The position numbers were made by a program, and so were the translations under genes. Under the pieces are notes generated by a model. That model was not told the origin of the DNA. It worked only from the letters and a program-made list of their open reading frames with translations, and made no database searches. From contig OZ219754.1 of the NCBI GenBank assembly GCA_964291295.2, positions 1,888,001 to 1,952,000 of the forward strand: a stretch of DNA of 64,000 nucleotides. Direction: 5' to 3'. Positions 30,969-41,471 of the stretch are shown one piece after another (positions within the stretch are counted from its first letter, which is position 1; each line of letters begins with the position of its first letter). Source of the DNA: an uncultured Candidatus Binatia bacterium. Lineage in GTDB: Bacteria; Desulfobacterota; Binatia; UBA9968; JAJDTQ01.

Positions 30969-31745
30969 TCATTCCCTGGTGTTCAGCTCGTCCTTGAGGG
31001 AGTTCCAGATGTCGAGCTTGATGTCGTTGAACTCCGGCGACAGCCGCATTTCGTAGCCCCGGGGCCTGGGCAGGTTGATCTTGATGATTCGCTTGGTCTT
31101 TCCCGGCCTCGCGGTCATCACGATCACGCGGTCCGACAGGTAGGCCGCCTCCTCGATGCTGTGGGTGACGAACAGTACGGTCTTCTTGTGCTTGTCCCAG
31201 ATCTGCAGCAGTTCGGCCTGCATGAGGTCCCGCGTCTGCGCGTCCAGTGCCGCGAAGGGTTCGTCCATGAGCAGCACTTCGGGGTCCGTGGCCAGCGCCC
31301 GGGCCAGCCCCACCCGCTGCTTCATGCCGCCCGACAGTTCGTGCGGATAGTGCCCCTCGAAACCGGTGAGCCCCACCAGATTGATGAGGTCCCTGGCCCT
31401 CGGACGCCGCGAGGAGACCGACTCCCCCTTGAGTTCGGGTCCCAGTTCCACATTGCCGAGCACCGTCCGCCAGGGCAGCAGCCCGAACTCCTGGAAGACC
31501 ATGGCGCGCTCGACTCCGGGGCCGGTGATTTTCCTGCCGCCGATCTCCAGTTCGCCCCGGTCCGGTTTGAGCAATCCCAGCAGCACGTTCAGAAAAGTGC
31601 TCTTGCCGCAGCCCGACGGTCCCACGATGGAGACGAATTCGCCGCTGTCCAGTTCGATGCGGAAGTCCTTGAGGGCAGTGACCGCTTCCCGGTTCCTGGG
31701 CGTGAATGTCAACGTGATGTCCGTCGATCGGATATAGGGTTCCAT
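30969..31745 (-). CDS. NitT/TauT ABC ATPase
   Basis: GPSGCGKST, LSGGMKQR, MDEPFAALD, VTHSIEEA. Confidence 0.93.
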   Translation of the reverse strand: MEPYIRSTDITLTFTPRNREAVTALKDFRIELDSGEFVSIVGPSGCGKSTFLNVLLGLLKPDRGELEIGGRKITGPGVERAMVFQEFGLLPWRTVLGNVELGPELKGESVSSRRPRARDLINLVGLTGFEGHYPHELSGGMKQRVGLARALATDPEVLLMDEPFAALDAQTRDLMQAELLQIWDKHKKTVLFVTHSIEEAAYLSDRVIVMTARPGKTKRIIKINLPRPRGYEMRLSPEFNDIKLDIWNSLKDELNTRE

Positions 31746-31998
31746 CGGCCGCAAAACTACTATAGTGATCCCGGGGTGACAAGCAGCGACTCCACGCGAA
31801 ACAGGCCGGTACGTTCAGGCTGGCGGCCCGGGGCCAAACCCCCATTTCAGGCTCACTGTGCGTTGGACAAGACTGCCGGTGGACAACAGGGGTGCCGTTT
31901 GTCATCATGCGGCGGATGGCTTGTACGGGGAGCCGCACGGCCGTGCGGGAGCGGCCGGGTATCCCCGGCGAGGGTTGCGGCCGGCGGACGTGCATTGC

Positions 31999-32811
31999 AT
32001 GATGCGCATTGTCGTGATCAATCTCAAGCGTGCCTCGGAACGGCGCGCCCGGATAGCGCGGGAATTCGGCGCGGTCCGCCTTCCCTACGAGATAAAGGAA
32101 GCCATTGACGGGCGGATGCTGACGAAAGCGCATCTCGCCCGGGTCGACTGGGAGAGTCTGCGGCGCCTCGGTCTCCCTCCGCCGGCGGATGGCGCCATCG
32201 CCCTCTGGCTGACCCAACGGGAAGTATTGCAGGATCTCGTGAAGAGCGGGTCCGAGATCATGGCCATCTTCGAGGATGATGCGCGTCTCAAACCGGCTCT
32301 GCCCGGTGTCCTGCGATCTCTCGAGGAAAGGCGTTTCGATTTCGGCGTCGTGGCGTTGAACCGGCACCATCCGAAGCGGCGCTTCTTTCCCTGCGTCCCG
32401 CTGACCGACTGTCATGTCGCCGGCCGCGTGCGCTTCTCGGACAGCGGCGGCGAAGGATATGTCATCACACGGTCGGCGGCCCGGCACTTCCTGGAAGCGA
32501 CACCCAGGATGATCTGGTCGGTGGATCACGCGATCCTGCGCCATTGGACCAACGGCCTCAACGTGTTCTACGTCGACCCGCCGCTGGTCCATCACGGCGG
32601 CGTCCAGGATACGTCCATCGGCACGGACCGCACGGTCTCGCGCCGCCTTTGTGCCGAGGCCCGTTACACGGTCGGTTTCTGGAAGCGTGCGGTCACCGGC
32701 GTTTCACGGGGCGTGCAAAAGCGCCTTGCCTTCAGGAGACTGCTGGTGGAGGATCGGCGCGACGTGTCGTTGCCGCTGGCTGGACGCCGGCGGTCCCGCG
32801 CGAAGTCCTGA
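31999..32811 (+). CDS. Glycosyltransferase family 25
   Basis: VINLKRA.ERR, AIDG, IFEDDA, GYVITR.AA. Confidence 0.88.
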   Translation: MMRIVVINLKRASERRARIAREFGAVRLPYEIKEAIDGRMLTKAHLARVDWESLRRLGLPPPADGAIALWLTQREVLQDLVKSGSEIMAIFEDDARLKPALPGVLRSLEERRFDFGVVALNRHHPKRRFFPCVPLTDCHVAGRVRFSDSGGEGYVITRSAARHFLEATPRMIWSVDHAILRHWTNGLNVFYVDPPLVHHGGVQDTSIGTDRTVSRRLCAEARYTVGFWKRAVTGVSRGVQKRLAFRRLLVEDRRDVSLPLAGRRRSRAKS

Positions 32812-32895
32812 GCCGCGAGACAGGACGAACGGGCACCGGCACGACGATGCGGTTTCGGAGGTTCGCGCCGCCGGGAAGGCCCCGGAAGGGATCCC

Positions 32896-34167
32896 ATGCA
32901 CATAAGCCTGGTTATTCCGAATCTCCTGGCCGGCGGCGCGGAACGGATGGTGCTGAATCTGGCCCAGGGTCTGGTGGACCGTGGCCACCGGATCGATATC
33001 GTGCTGATCCATCCCTGGGTGCACTGGGTCAAGGAAGTGCCCGTTCACGCCAGGCTGCTGGTGGTCGAGAAGGCTCGGGCGCGGTTTTCGAACGGCAATG
33101 CGCTTGGCCTGCCTGATGGAGCCGTGCAACTGCCTGCGCCAACAGACAACTTTACCTGGCGGCAGATGGCGCGGGCATTCGATTGGGAGTTGCTGCGCTG
33201 CCGCCCCGACGTCAAGTTGCTGCGGCGGGCTCGCGTCCTGGCCGCCTACATGGCCCGCGAGAGACCCGACTGCGTCCTGCCCGGCCTTCCCAGAGCCAAG
33301 GCGGCGACACTCCTGGCCGGTCGTTTCCTCAAGAAGCATCCACCCATCATACCGATCGTTCACAACAACTACGAACGTCGGCGCGCACGCGACCGGCATA
33401 GACTGCGGCATCTGGCGGGGCAGGCCGCACACGTTGTCGGTGTCTCGAAGGGTGCCTGCGACGTTCTGGTTGCCGTCTTGGGATTGGCGCCCCGGAACCT
33501 CACGACGATATGCAATCCGGTGATCGGCGAAGCCCAGGTTGCGGCAATGGCGGAGCTTCCGGGCCATCCCTGGCTGCGGGACGACGGCGGTGTGCCGGTG
33601 GTGCTCGCGGCCGGACGGCTGCACCGGGTCAAGGATCATGCGACCCTCATCAAGGCCTTCGCCCGGCTCGCGTCGGGTCGCCCGTGCCGTCTGATCATTC
33701 TGGGTGAAGGCCGGGAGAGAAAAAAGCTCGAAGCGCTCGTTCACAGGCTCGGGCTCGATGGCCGGGTGTCGCTCCCCGGTTGGGTGGACAACCCATTTGC
33801 CTACATGTCCCGCGCTTCCCTCCTGGTGGTCTCGTCGATCTACGAGGGCCTCTCGATGGTCCTCGTGGAGGCCTTGGCGTGCGGCTGCCCCTGCGTCAGC
33901 ACGGATTGCCCCGTCGGTCCCGCGGAGGTGCTTCAGGACGGCAGGGTCGGGCCGCTGGTTTCGGTGGGTGACGAGTCGGGGCTGGCGGAGGCCATGGAAC
34001 GCGTCCTCGACCGGCCGCCGGACAAGGCAATGCTGCGGCGGCGGGCACAGGACTTTTCGATGAGTACGGCGGCCGCGGCCTACGAAGGGCTGATCCGCTC
34101 CGTGGTCGCCAACGGTGAAAACGGGTCCAAGGCGCTGGCGGATGACACCGGGGGGGTCCTGCGCTGA
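32896..34167 (+). CDS. Glycosyltransferase family 4 (GT-B)
   Basis: GGAER, GRLH.VK, ILGEG, S.YEG..MVLVEALACG.P.VSTDC. Confidence 0.92.
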   Translation: MHISLVIPNLLAGGAERMVLNLAQGLVDRGHRIDIVLIHPWVHWVKEVPVHARLLVVEKARARFSNGNALGLPDGAVQLPAPTDNFTWRQMARAFDWELLRCRPDVKLLRRARVLAAYMARERPDCVLPGLPRAKAATLLAGRFLKKHPPIIPIVHNNYERRRARDRHRLRHLAGQAAHVVGVSKGACDVLVAVLGLAPRNLTTICNPVIGEAQVAAMAELPGHPWLRDDGGVPVVLAAGRLHRVKDHATLIKAFARLASGRPCRLIILGEGRERKKLEALVHRLGLDGRVSLPGWVDNPFAYMSRASLLVVSSIYEGLSMVLVEALACGCPCVSTDCPVGPAEVLQDGRVGPLVSVGDESGLAEAMERVLDRPPDKAMLRRRAQDFSMSTAAAAYEGLIRSVVANGENGSKALADDTGGVLR

Positions 34168-34341
34168 ATCTGGTGGACGATGGGAGTGGGGATCCCGTGC
34201 AGGATCCCGTGCCGTTGTGTCGTTATCGTGCGTCAACCGCGACTTTTGATCATCCCCGCGTATTGACTTTTGCCTCTCCCCGGCGTAGAGAGGCACGTTA
34301 TCGACAGAGGCATAGCCCGACTGACCAAGGGAGGAATCAAC

Positions 34342-36543
34342 ATGGCGACACCGACGGAGCATCTGGTTGGCAGCGAGGAGACAGTCGATCGGTCCGGCGA
34401 TAACAGCTCGAACCACTTCAAGGCAAGGGACGGTTACGGCGGACCGATGAGCGTCGTGGGAGGGCCACTCCAGGACACCTTCACCGGGGGCCCGGGCAAT
34501 GACTACTTCAAGGATTCCGGCGGCGGCAGCAATGCGCAAGGCGGCAGCGGGCGCGACTATCTTGAAGGCGGCAACGGCGTGAACATCCTGCGCGGAGGCT
34601 GGGGCGACGACATTCTGGTCGGGAACCAGCACGACCAGATCGCCGACCGCCTCTACGGCGGGTATGGAACCGACTATCTGGTTGCGGGCCGGCTCAAGGA
34701 CAGCAACCGGCAGGACGACGGCACCGGCGCGCTGACCGACGCGACGCTTGGCCAAGGGCCGACCTCCAGTGATGCCCCGGATCCGAAAGGAACCGTCCTC
34801 CATGGCGGTGCGTGGGGCGACTTCTTCATCCTGAACCCCGACAGCTATGCCTATATCGAGGACTGGCGGCCCGCATACGACATCATCTACGTGACCGGTA
34901 TCCGGGACGGGGCGGAGATCACCATCACCCACCATCCCGCCGGCCACTACGGGGGCGCCCACTTCCGGATCATGCTCGGCAACAAGGTGCTCGCCGAGGT
35001 CAATTACGGGTCGGATGTCGATCCCGATGACGCCGGTGCCGTCGCGGCGGCGATAGCGGCGATCAAGGAGTACACGCATACCGCGAGCGGGGACTGGATC
35101 AACGGCGACCACGAAGGCAACGCCATTCGGGGCGCCGAGCATGACGACCATCTCTACGGTCACGGCGGCGACGACACGCTCGACGGCGGCGCGGGGGACG
35201 ACGCTCTCACAGGCGGCAAAGGCAACGATGTCCTCCACGGCAGGGACGGTCACGATCGGCTGTTCGGCGGCCACGCCAACGACACGCTTCACGGCGGCGC
35301 GGGCTTCGACACTCTGGACGGCGATGGCGGCAACGACCTGCTCTACGGCGGCGCCGACGACGACGATCTCCACGGCGGTGACGGCCACGACCGGCTCGAC
35401 GGCGGTGCGGGCCGGGATGTGCTCAACGGCGGCGCGGGCCGGGACATCTTCGTGATGAGCGAGGGCAGGAGCAGCGACGGGGCCGCGGACATCATCCAGG
35501 ACTTCAATGTCGATGAGGACTTCATCCGGCTGCCGTTGAGCATCTCGTGGGACGATGTCCGGTTCGTCCGGAGCACGGACACGAGCGGGCCGACCACGCA
35601 TCTGGTCACGGGCACGGGCGGGGCGCAGAAGGTGCTGGCCCGGTTCCAGGGCTTCGAGGACTACACCGCCCAGCAGTTGCAGGAGCTCAAGGGCAAGGTC
35701 GAGTTCATCTGGGACTTCGACCCGAACGAGGTGCTGCCGGATCCGAACGCCGGGAAGACGCTCAAGGGCACGAACAAGAAGGACCTGCTCGTCGGCGGCA
35801 GCGGCAACGACACCATCAAGGGCTTGGGCGCGGCGGATGTGCTCTACGGCCGCGGCGGCAACGACAACCTGTACGGCGGCAACGGCAAGGACACGCTGTA
35901 TGGCGATGAGGGCAATGACCACCTCTTCGGGGATAGCAACAACGACATCCTCCACGGCGGCGCCGGCAACGACACGATCAACGGCGGGAAGAGCGACGAC
36001 CGGCTGTATGGCGAAGACGGCGACGACACGCTCAATGGTGACAACGGCGACGACACGCTGTATGGCGGCGCCGGCAGCGACGAGCTGGACGGCGGCGCCG
36101 GCAACGACCGGCTGGAAGGCGGCGAGGGCAATCTCGATTTTCTGGCCGGCGGCGCGGGCGAAGACCGGCTGTTCGGCAACGGCGGCAACGACCGGCTGGA
36201 GGGCGGAACGGGCGCCGACCGCCTGCATGGCGGCGAAGGCGCCGACGAGTTCATGTTCCGCCGGGGCGACGGCGTCGATGTCATCCTCGACTTCGATGAC
36301 GGGATCGACACCATCCTCTTCCTGGCCCAGACCCAGGCGAGTGCCGGGACCGAAACGAAGTTCCTTTCGTTCTCCAACCTGACGCTGACCGACAGCGAAG
36401 AGGCGGGCGGCGTGGTCATCACGTCGGCCAAGCTCGCAGGCAACGAGATTATCGTCAAGGGCGTGAATTCCGAGCAACTGACGGCCGAGGACTTCGGCTT
36501 CCTGACAGTCGATCAGTACAACGAATACCTCGATATCGGCTGA
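34342..36543 (+). CDS. RTX (hemolysin-type Ca-binding repeat) secreted protein
   Basis: Three blocks of GGxGxDxLx nonapeptides, D.I.DF....D.I motifs, no N-terminal signal peptide; GGGAGG RBS. Confidence 0.9.
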   Translation: MATPTEHLVGSEETVDRSGDNSSNHFKARDGYGGPMSVVGGPLQDTFTGGPGNDYFKDSGGGSNAQGGSGRDYLEGGNGVNILRGGWGDDILVGNQHDQIADRLYGGYGTDYLVAGRLKDSNRQDDGTGALTDATLGQGPTSSDAPDPKGTVLHGGAWGDFFILNPDSYAYIEDWRPAYDIIYVTGIRDGAEITITHHPAGHYGGAHFRIMLGNKVLAEVNYGSDVDPDDAGAVAAAIAAIKEYTHTASGDWINGDHEGNAIRGAEHDDHLYGHGGDDTLDGGAGDDALTGGKGNDVLHGRDGHDRLFGGHANDTLHGGAGFDTLDGDGGNDLLYGGADDDDLHGGDGHDRLDGGAGRDVLNGGAGRDIFVMSEGRSSDGAADIIQDFNVDEDFIRLPLSISWDDVRFVRSTDTSGPTTHLVTGTGGAQKVLARFQGFEDYTAQQLQELKGKVEFIWDFDPNEVLPDPNAGKTLKGTNKKDLLVGGSGNDTIKGLGAADVLYGRGGNDNLYGGNGKDTLYGDEGNDHLFGDSNNDILHGGAGNDTINGGKSDDRLYGEDGDDTLNGDNGDDTLYGGAGSDELDGGAGNDRLEGGEGNLDFLAGGAGEDRLFGNGGNDRLEGGTGADRLHGGEGADEFMFRRGDGVDVILDFDDGIDTILFLAQTQASAGTETKFLSFSNLTLTDSEEAGGVVITSAKLAGNEIIVKGVNSEQLTAEDFGFLTVDQYNEYLDIG

Positions 36544-36565
36544 GAGCCGACCGGCCAACCGGAAC

Positions 36566-36600
36566 ACGGCGGCCGTTCCTCGACGAGGAACGGCCGCCGT
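36566..36600. terminator. Perfect 17-bp inverted repeat after the RTX gene
   Basis: acggcggccgttcctcg-a-cgaggaacggccgccgt; no U-tract. Confidence 0.7.
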
Positions 36601-37172
36601 CAACCATCATCGTAGCCAGAAAGCAAGAGGCGGCGTTGCCGTCCGGCGCCGAAGATCCCGACAGCGGGTGTGATGCAAGGGCGGACAGGCGATACGGAGA
36701 GGGGTGCCTTCGTCCGGCGCGACTTTTCCGGGCCCTCTCCTCATCGCGAGAACCGTTTCCGTTGCGTTTGTCGGTCCGGTTCTCCGCAAGCCATGGAGGG
36801 CTTCGGTCACATGGCGGGCGGTCTCGGCACTCGCATCAAGACACCCGACTCCCGATAGCGGATGGAATCAGGGGGACGGCGCCGCTCCGACCCTCCCCTC
36901 CCACAGCAGCCACCCGGGGTGTCACTCGGATCCGCGCCACCCACCCCGCCCAAGGCACATCCCTCCTCCGCGTCCATGCCATTTGCCTTGTGCTACAGTC
37001 GCGCCCGTGAATCTGTTAACATTCGCCAGGAAGATCTGCCCGGCCGAGGCCGCCGGCCGCGTTCGTGTCGTGCGGCGGATGGCCGGCCGTTGGCCTCGCC
37101 GCGGGAACGGAAGGCCAATGTCGGAGCGGCACCTGAAGCACAGAACGCGCGTATTCAATTGGTGTAATCAAT

Positions 37173-37982
37173 ATGCGTATCTTCGTCATAAATCTGAGAC
37201 GGGCGGTTGAGCGCCGCCGGAGGATCGCCGAGGAGTTCGACCGTCTCGGACTTCCATGGGAACTGCACGATGCGGTGGACTGCGAAGCTCTCCAGCCGGA
37301 GCACCTTGCGCAGGTCGACCATGACTTTCACCGTCGCCTGGGCCACCGCCGGCAGGACCCTGGCTCGATTGCCTGCTGGTTCTCTCATCGGCAGGTGATG
37401 CAGAAGATCGTGGACGAGGGAGAGGACGTGGCCGCCATCTTCGAGGATGATGCCAGGCTTTCGTCCGATGTTCCGAGTGTTCTGCAAGTTCTGGAGCGTC
37501 GCGCTTTTCCCTTCGATATCGTGTCCCTGTATCGACAGAACAAGCACATGAAGCGCCCGTTTGTCGACGCATTCCCCTTGACCGGAACATGTACTCTGGG
37601 GCGGGTTCGTTTCTCCGACGATGGGCTGGTGGGCTATGTCATCACCCGGGAAGCGGCAGAGCACTTTCTGCGCACGGTCACGACCATGACACTGCCCATA
37701 GACAAAGCGGTTCTTTGTTTCTGGATCAGCGGCCTCAACGTTTTCTACGTGAAACACCCACTTGTCGTTCATGGTGGCTATGAGGACTCGTTCATTGAGC
37801 CGGGCCGCCGGGCCGCGCGCGAACTGCGCGCAAGACGGACAACCCGAGTCGCGTGGCGTCGGTTCCTGGATGAAATACACCGCTCCGTGCATCGTCGCGT
37901 TGCCTTTCACCGTTTGCGGCAAGGACAAATTGGTGCAACTGCGCGGGGAGTGAAGGAGTTGCCGGGAATTGAACCCGGATAG
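37173..37982 (+). CDS. Glycosyltransferase family 25 (paralog of 31999)
   Basis: MRIFVINLRRA.ERR, ACWFSH, IFEDDARL, GRVRFSD, GLNVFYV..PLV.HGG. Confidence 0.88.
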   Translation: MRIFVINLRRAVERRRRIAEEFDRLGLPWELHDAVDCEALQPEHLAQVDHDFHRRLGHRRQDPGSIACWFSHRQVMQKIVDEGEDVAAIFEDDARLSSDVPSVLQVLERRAFPFDIVSLYRQNKHMKRPFVDAFPLTGTCTLGRVRFSDDGLVGYVITREAAEHFLRTVTTMTLPIDKAVLCFWISGLNVFYVKHPLVVHGGYEDSFIEPGRRAARELRARRTTRVAWRRFLDEIHRSVHRRVAFHRLRQGQIGATARGVKELPGIEPG

Positions 37983-37984
37983 CC

Positions 37985-38977
37985 GTGCTTCTGTCCGGTC
38001 CACGGGCGCCGCGGCTGCCCGGTCTCCGTGGGCGCCGGCGGCAAGAACAGGCTGGCGGGTGCCGGACGGACAGGGAAGGGTGTGCAGTGGCGGAATTCGT
38101 CGATGCGGCCTCGGGCTTGTTCTATCGCATTGCCGCAAGCGGAGCACTGCCGGCGGTATGGTTCCGCGACGTGAACCCGGCCCGCGTGACGCGGGCCAGA
38201 CGGACCGGCAGGCTGTCTCTCGAAATCGTCACGCACTGCTGGCGATACGGCCACTTTCTGACCTACCAGCTCAGCTCTCTCGTCAACCACCGCACCGACA
38301 AACTCGACGTCACCATGACCGTGTACCATGCGCCGGACGACGCCTCGGTCCTGCCGGTGCTGCGGTTCTTCGAAGGTATGGACGTACCGGGAGTTTCATG
38401 GTGCTGGCGGTCACTGACTCCGGAACGCCTGTTCCGCCGCAGCATCGGCCGCAACCTTGCCGCCCGCGCCACCAAGGCCGACTGGATCTGGTTTACCGAC
38501 GCCGACATCGTGTTTCACCAAGACTGTCTCGCCACGCTGGCGGACGTGTTGCAGGGAAGGGACGACGCACTGGTGCATCCCGGGACGATCCGCGCCACGT
38601 CGCTGTTGCCCGAGCACCACGAGATCCTGACCCACGGCCGCACCGCCCCGGCCGTGCGCGAAATCCCCATCCGGGAATTCCGCCCGTACAATGGAATCCA
38701 CCACAAGGCCAAGGGGCCTTTTCAGATCACCCATGGCGACATGGCGCGGGCTCTGGGCTACTGCGGTTCCATCGGCCTCTATCAGCGGCCTGCGCCGCGC
38801 TGGCGCAAGACCTACGAAGACCGGGCGTTCCGTTGGCTTCTGGGAACGGACGGTACGCCGCTGAACATTCCCGGCGTCTGCCAGATCCGCCACGCCGTCA
38901 AGGGCCGGTACCGGGAGGGCTCGACCGCCGGCAGGCTGCGATCCTTCATACGTCGAAGCCGGGACCGCCGGTGGTGA
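37985..38977 (+). CDS. GT-A fold glycosyltransferase (GT2/GT7-like); start may be 38087
   Basis: RSIGRNLAA.AT.ADWIWFTDADIVF (DxD), later EDR. Confidence 0.8.
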   Translation: MLLSGPRAPRLPGLRGRRRQEQAGGCRTDREGCAVAEFVDAASGLFYRIAASGALPAVWFRDVNPARVTRARRTGRLSLEIVTHCWRYGHFLTYQLSSLVNHRTDKLDVTMTVYHAPDDASVLPVLRFFEGMDVPGVSWCWRSLTPERLFRRSIGRNLAARATKADWIWFTDADIVFHQDCLATLADVLQGRDDALVHPGTIRATSLLPEHHEILTHGRTAPAVREIPIREFRPYNGIHHKAKGPFQITHGDMARALGYCGSIGLYQRPAPRWRKTYEDRAFRWLLGTDGTPLNIPGVCQIRHAVKGRYREGSTAGRLRSFIRRSRDRRW

Positions 38978-39237
38978 CTCCCGGGGAGTCCGCGCCGCAG
39001 AGAACTTCGGTGGGACAGGGATCCATCAGGATGGATCCACCAGAGCACCCACGGGTGTTGCCGCCCGATTCGTCTCCGCCAGCGGGACCAGGCGGCAAAC
39101 CGCGGACATTCCCGGACGAGTCTCCGGACATCTTCCGCCGCCAGCCGCCTCCCGAAGCGTTCCGCGCCGCGGCGGCTCCCGGCGAAAATGTGCCGGATTC
39201 CGTTGCATCGTGACCCGCCGATTCGGGCCGCCGGGCC

Positions 39238-40266
39238 TCAGCGCGCCTCCCGGTACAGATCCAGGGCCTTCATCACCGGGGCATCGCTCATGGAGAGAAG
39301 GAGTGCGTCGGTGTCCGAGGAGGTGTTGGCGTGGGCGTGCTGGCTCCACAGCGGCACCACGAAGGAGTCTCCCTGCCGCCACTCGAACACCTGGCCGCCG
39401 ATGATGGAGGTGCCGGCGCCCCGGTACGCATGGTAGAGGACGGTGCTGGTGTGCCGGTGCGGCAGGGTCTCGTATCCCGGCTCCAGGAGCTGGACGGCGC
39501 ACTGGATGGTGGGCATGGTGGGGCCGCCGGTGACGGGGTTCCGGAACTCCAGCAGATAGCCGTCGCAGGCATCGCGGCCCGATCCTGACCGTCTGAGCCG
39601 CTCAAGGCTGCGTTCGGTGTCGGCCCACTTGTAATGGAAGAACGGCCTGGGGGGCGCCAGCGCCGGTCGGGCGTGGCCGTAGAACCCCGCCACGTCGTCG
39701 CTGGTGGCCTCCACGGTCTGCCGCTCCCGGGGGCAGGATTCGAAGAAAAGCTGGTGCAGCGCCTGGGTCAGCGGGATGTCGAGTCCGTCGAGCCAGAGAA
39801 TGGGCTTGCCCGACTCGTTGACGTGGTCGTGCCACGCGAGTTGAGGCGTCAGGATGAGGTCGCCTTCCTCCATCACGCATTGCTGGCCGTTGACCCGGGT
39901 GTACGCATCCCGGCCCTCGAGCACGAAGCGGAAGGCCGCGGCCGTGTGCCTGTGGGTGCGCGCGTACTCTCCGTGCTTCACGTACTGGAACGAGAAATGG
40001 ATGGTGTGGGTGGTGCCGTGGCCACCGGGGATGCCGGGATTCAGGAGCCGCACGGTGCGGCGTTCCGCGTCTGCGAGATTCACGACCTCCCCGGCCCGGA
40101 GGAGGCTCTGGTGGACGTCCTCCCAGCGCCACAGGTGGGGCTGCACATGGGTGACGGGATAGGGGGGCAGATCCTCCAGACCCAGGCTCCAGTGGCCTTC
40201 GAGCCACTTCTCGCTCATGTCGCGGTCGAGTTGCTCAATGGAATCGACGATGCGCTGCTGTTTCAT
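39238..40266 (-). CDS. Gentisate 1,2-dioxygenase family bicupin
   Basis: AERR...LLNPG, HRHT..A.RF, WHDH, WLDGLD.P, GPTMPT, HRHT. Confidence 0.88.
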   Translation of the reverse strand: MKQQRIVDSIEQLDRDMSEKWLEGHWSLGLEDLPPYPVTHVQPHLWRWEDVHQSLLRAGEVVNLADAERRTVRLLNPGIPGGHGTTHTIHFSFQYVKHGEYARTHRHTAAAFRFVLEGRDAYTRVNGQQCVMEEGDLILTPQLAWHDHVNESGKPILWLDGLDIPLTQALHQLFFESCPRERQTVEATSDDVAGFYGHARPALAPPRPFFHYKWADTERSLERLRRSGSGRDACDGYLLEFRNPVTGGPTMPTIQCAVQLLEPGYETLPHRHTSTVLYHAYRGAGTSIIGGQVFEWRQGDSFVVPLWSQHAHANTSSDTDALLLSMSDAPVMKALDLYREAR

Positions 40267-40447
40267 GCCTCTCCCCTTCCGTCCGTCCATGCGAACCGCG
40301 GGGACAGGATAGCGCACCGGCCGGACAAGTGAAATGGCTCCGCTGGCGGGCGGCGCCCCGGAATCGGCATGACGGGCACGCTCGTTGCAATTGCCGGCGC
40401 TGCCCGATATGTCATCCCTTTCGTCTCCGAACACGCGAGGAAGCCGC

Positions 40448-41425
40448 ATGCGGGTCATCTCCGGGGAACAGGTGCGGGGTCTTCTGGATCCGGACGAGCT
40501 GATCGCCGCGCTGGAGCGGGCACACATCCAGTTCTCGGCGGGCAGGGTGGTGATGCCGGTGCGCCTGGTGGTGCCGCTGCCGGAGATTCAGGGCCGGATC
40601 AGCAGCATGCCCGCGTTCATGAGCGAGGGAAGGGCGCTGGGCATCAAGACCATCTCCTATTTCCGGGACAATCCGAAGCAGGGGCTGCCGCCCATCCTGG
40701 CCACCATCTCGCTCTACAGCGCCGAGAGCGGCAAGCTGCTGGTGTTGATGGACGGCGTCCATGTCACGGCCCTCCGCACCGCGTGCGCGTCCGCCATGGC
40801 GACCCGGGCACTGGCGCGTCCCGAAACGCCGGTTCTGGGAGTGTTGGGCGCGGGCACACAGGCCCGCACCCACATCCGGGCGCTGAGCCGGGTACGTGCC
40901 ATTGAGCGGGTGCTCATCTGGAGCCCGTCGCGGGTCAGCGCGATTTACGTCAAGGAGGAGCTGGAGGACGAGCTGGGCTTCCCCATCAAGCCCCAGGAGT
41001 CCGCCGAGGCGGTGGTCCGCCAGGCCGATATCCTGACCACGGTGACGGACGCCTCCGAGCCGGTTCTCGAGGCCGCATGGCTGAAGCCGGGCGTTCATGT
41101 CAATGCCGTGGGTTCCCACCGGCCCGATGCCCGGGAGATGGGCGGCGACACGGTCCGGCGGGCGACGGTGGTGGTGGACTCCCTGGACGCCGTCCGCGCC
41201 GAGTGCGGCGACATCCTGCTGGCCCTCCAGGAGGGCGCCATCACCCCGGACCATGTGCGCGGCGAGATCGGCGACGTGCTGGCGGGCGCCAGGCCGGGAC
41301 GCACCCGCGACGACGAGATCACCCTGTACAAATCGGTGGGCATCGCGGCGCAGGACGTGGCCGCGGCCAGCCTGGTCTACCGGCGGGCGCTGGAGCAGGG
41401 CGTCGGCACCGAGGTGGAGATATAG
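40448..41425 (+). CDS. Ornithine cyclodeaminase/mu-crystallin family imine reductase
   Basis: TALRTA, GAGTQA, HVNAVG, ITLYKSVG.A.QD. Confidence 0.92.
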   Translation: MRVISGEQVRGLLDPDELIAALERAHIQFSAGRVVMPVRLVVPLPEIQGRISSMPAFMSEGRALGIKTISYFRDNPKQGLPPILATISLYSAESGKLLVLMDGVHVTALRTACASAMATRALARPETPVLGVLGAGTQARTHIRALSRVRAIERVLIWSPSRVSAIYVKEELEDELGFPIKPQESAEAVVRQADILTTVTDASEPVLEAAWLKPGVHVNAVGSHRPDAREMGGDTVRRATVVVDSLDAVRAECGDILLALQEGAITPDHVRGEIGDVLAGARPGRTRDDEITLYKSVGIAAQDVAAASLVYRRALEQGVGTEVEI

Positions 41426-41471
41426 CGGCCGGGCGGTCCGTCCCGGGCATCACCCGCACGGCCGATTCCCC

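Noticed and set aside
32704-36603. 1299-aa minus-strand ORF, and similar long antisense ORFs (222-2096, 6628-8502, 21578-23980, 46076-48670)
   Set aside because: Shadow frames antisense to well-supported genes in GC-rich DNA; no motifs.
36601-37172. Small ORFs or ncRNA in the spacer after the RTX gene
   Set aside because: Candidate ORFs are low-complexity without motifs or a convincing RBS; no recognisable RNA family.
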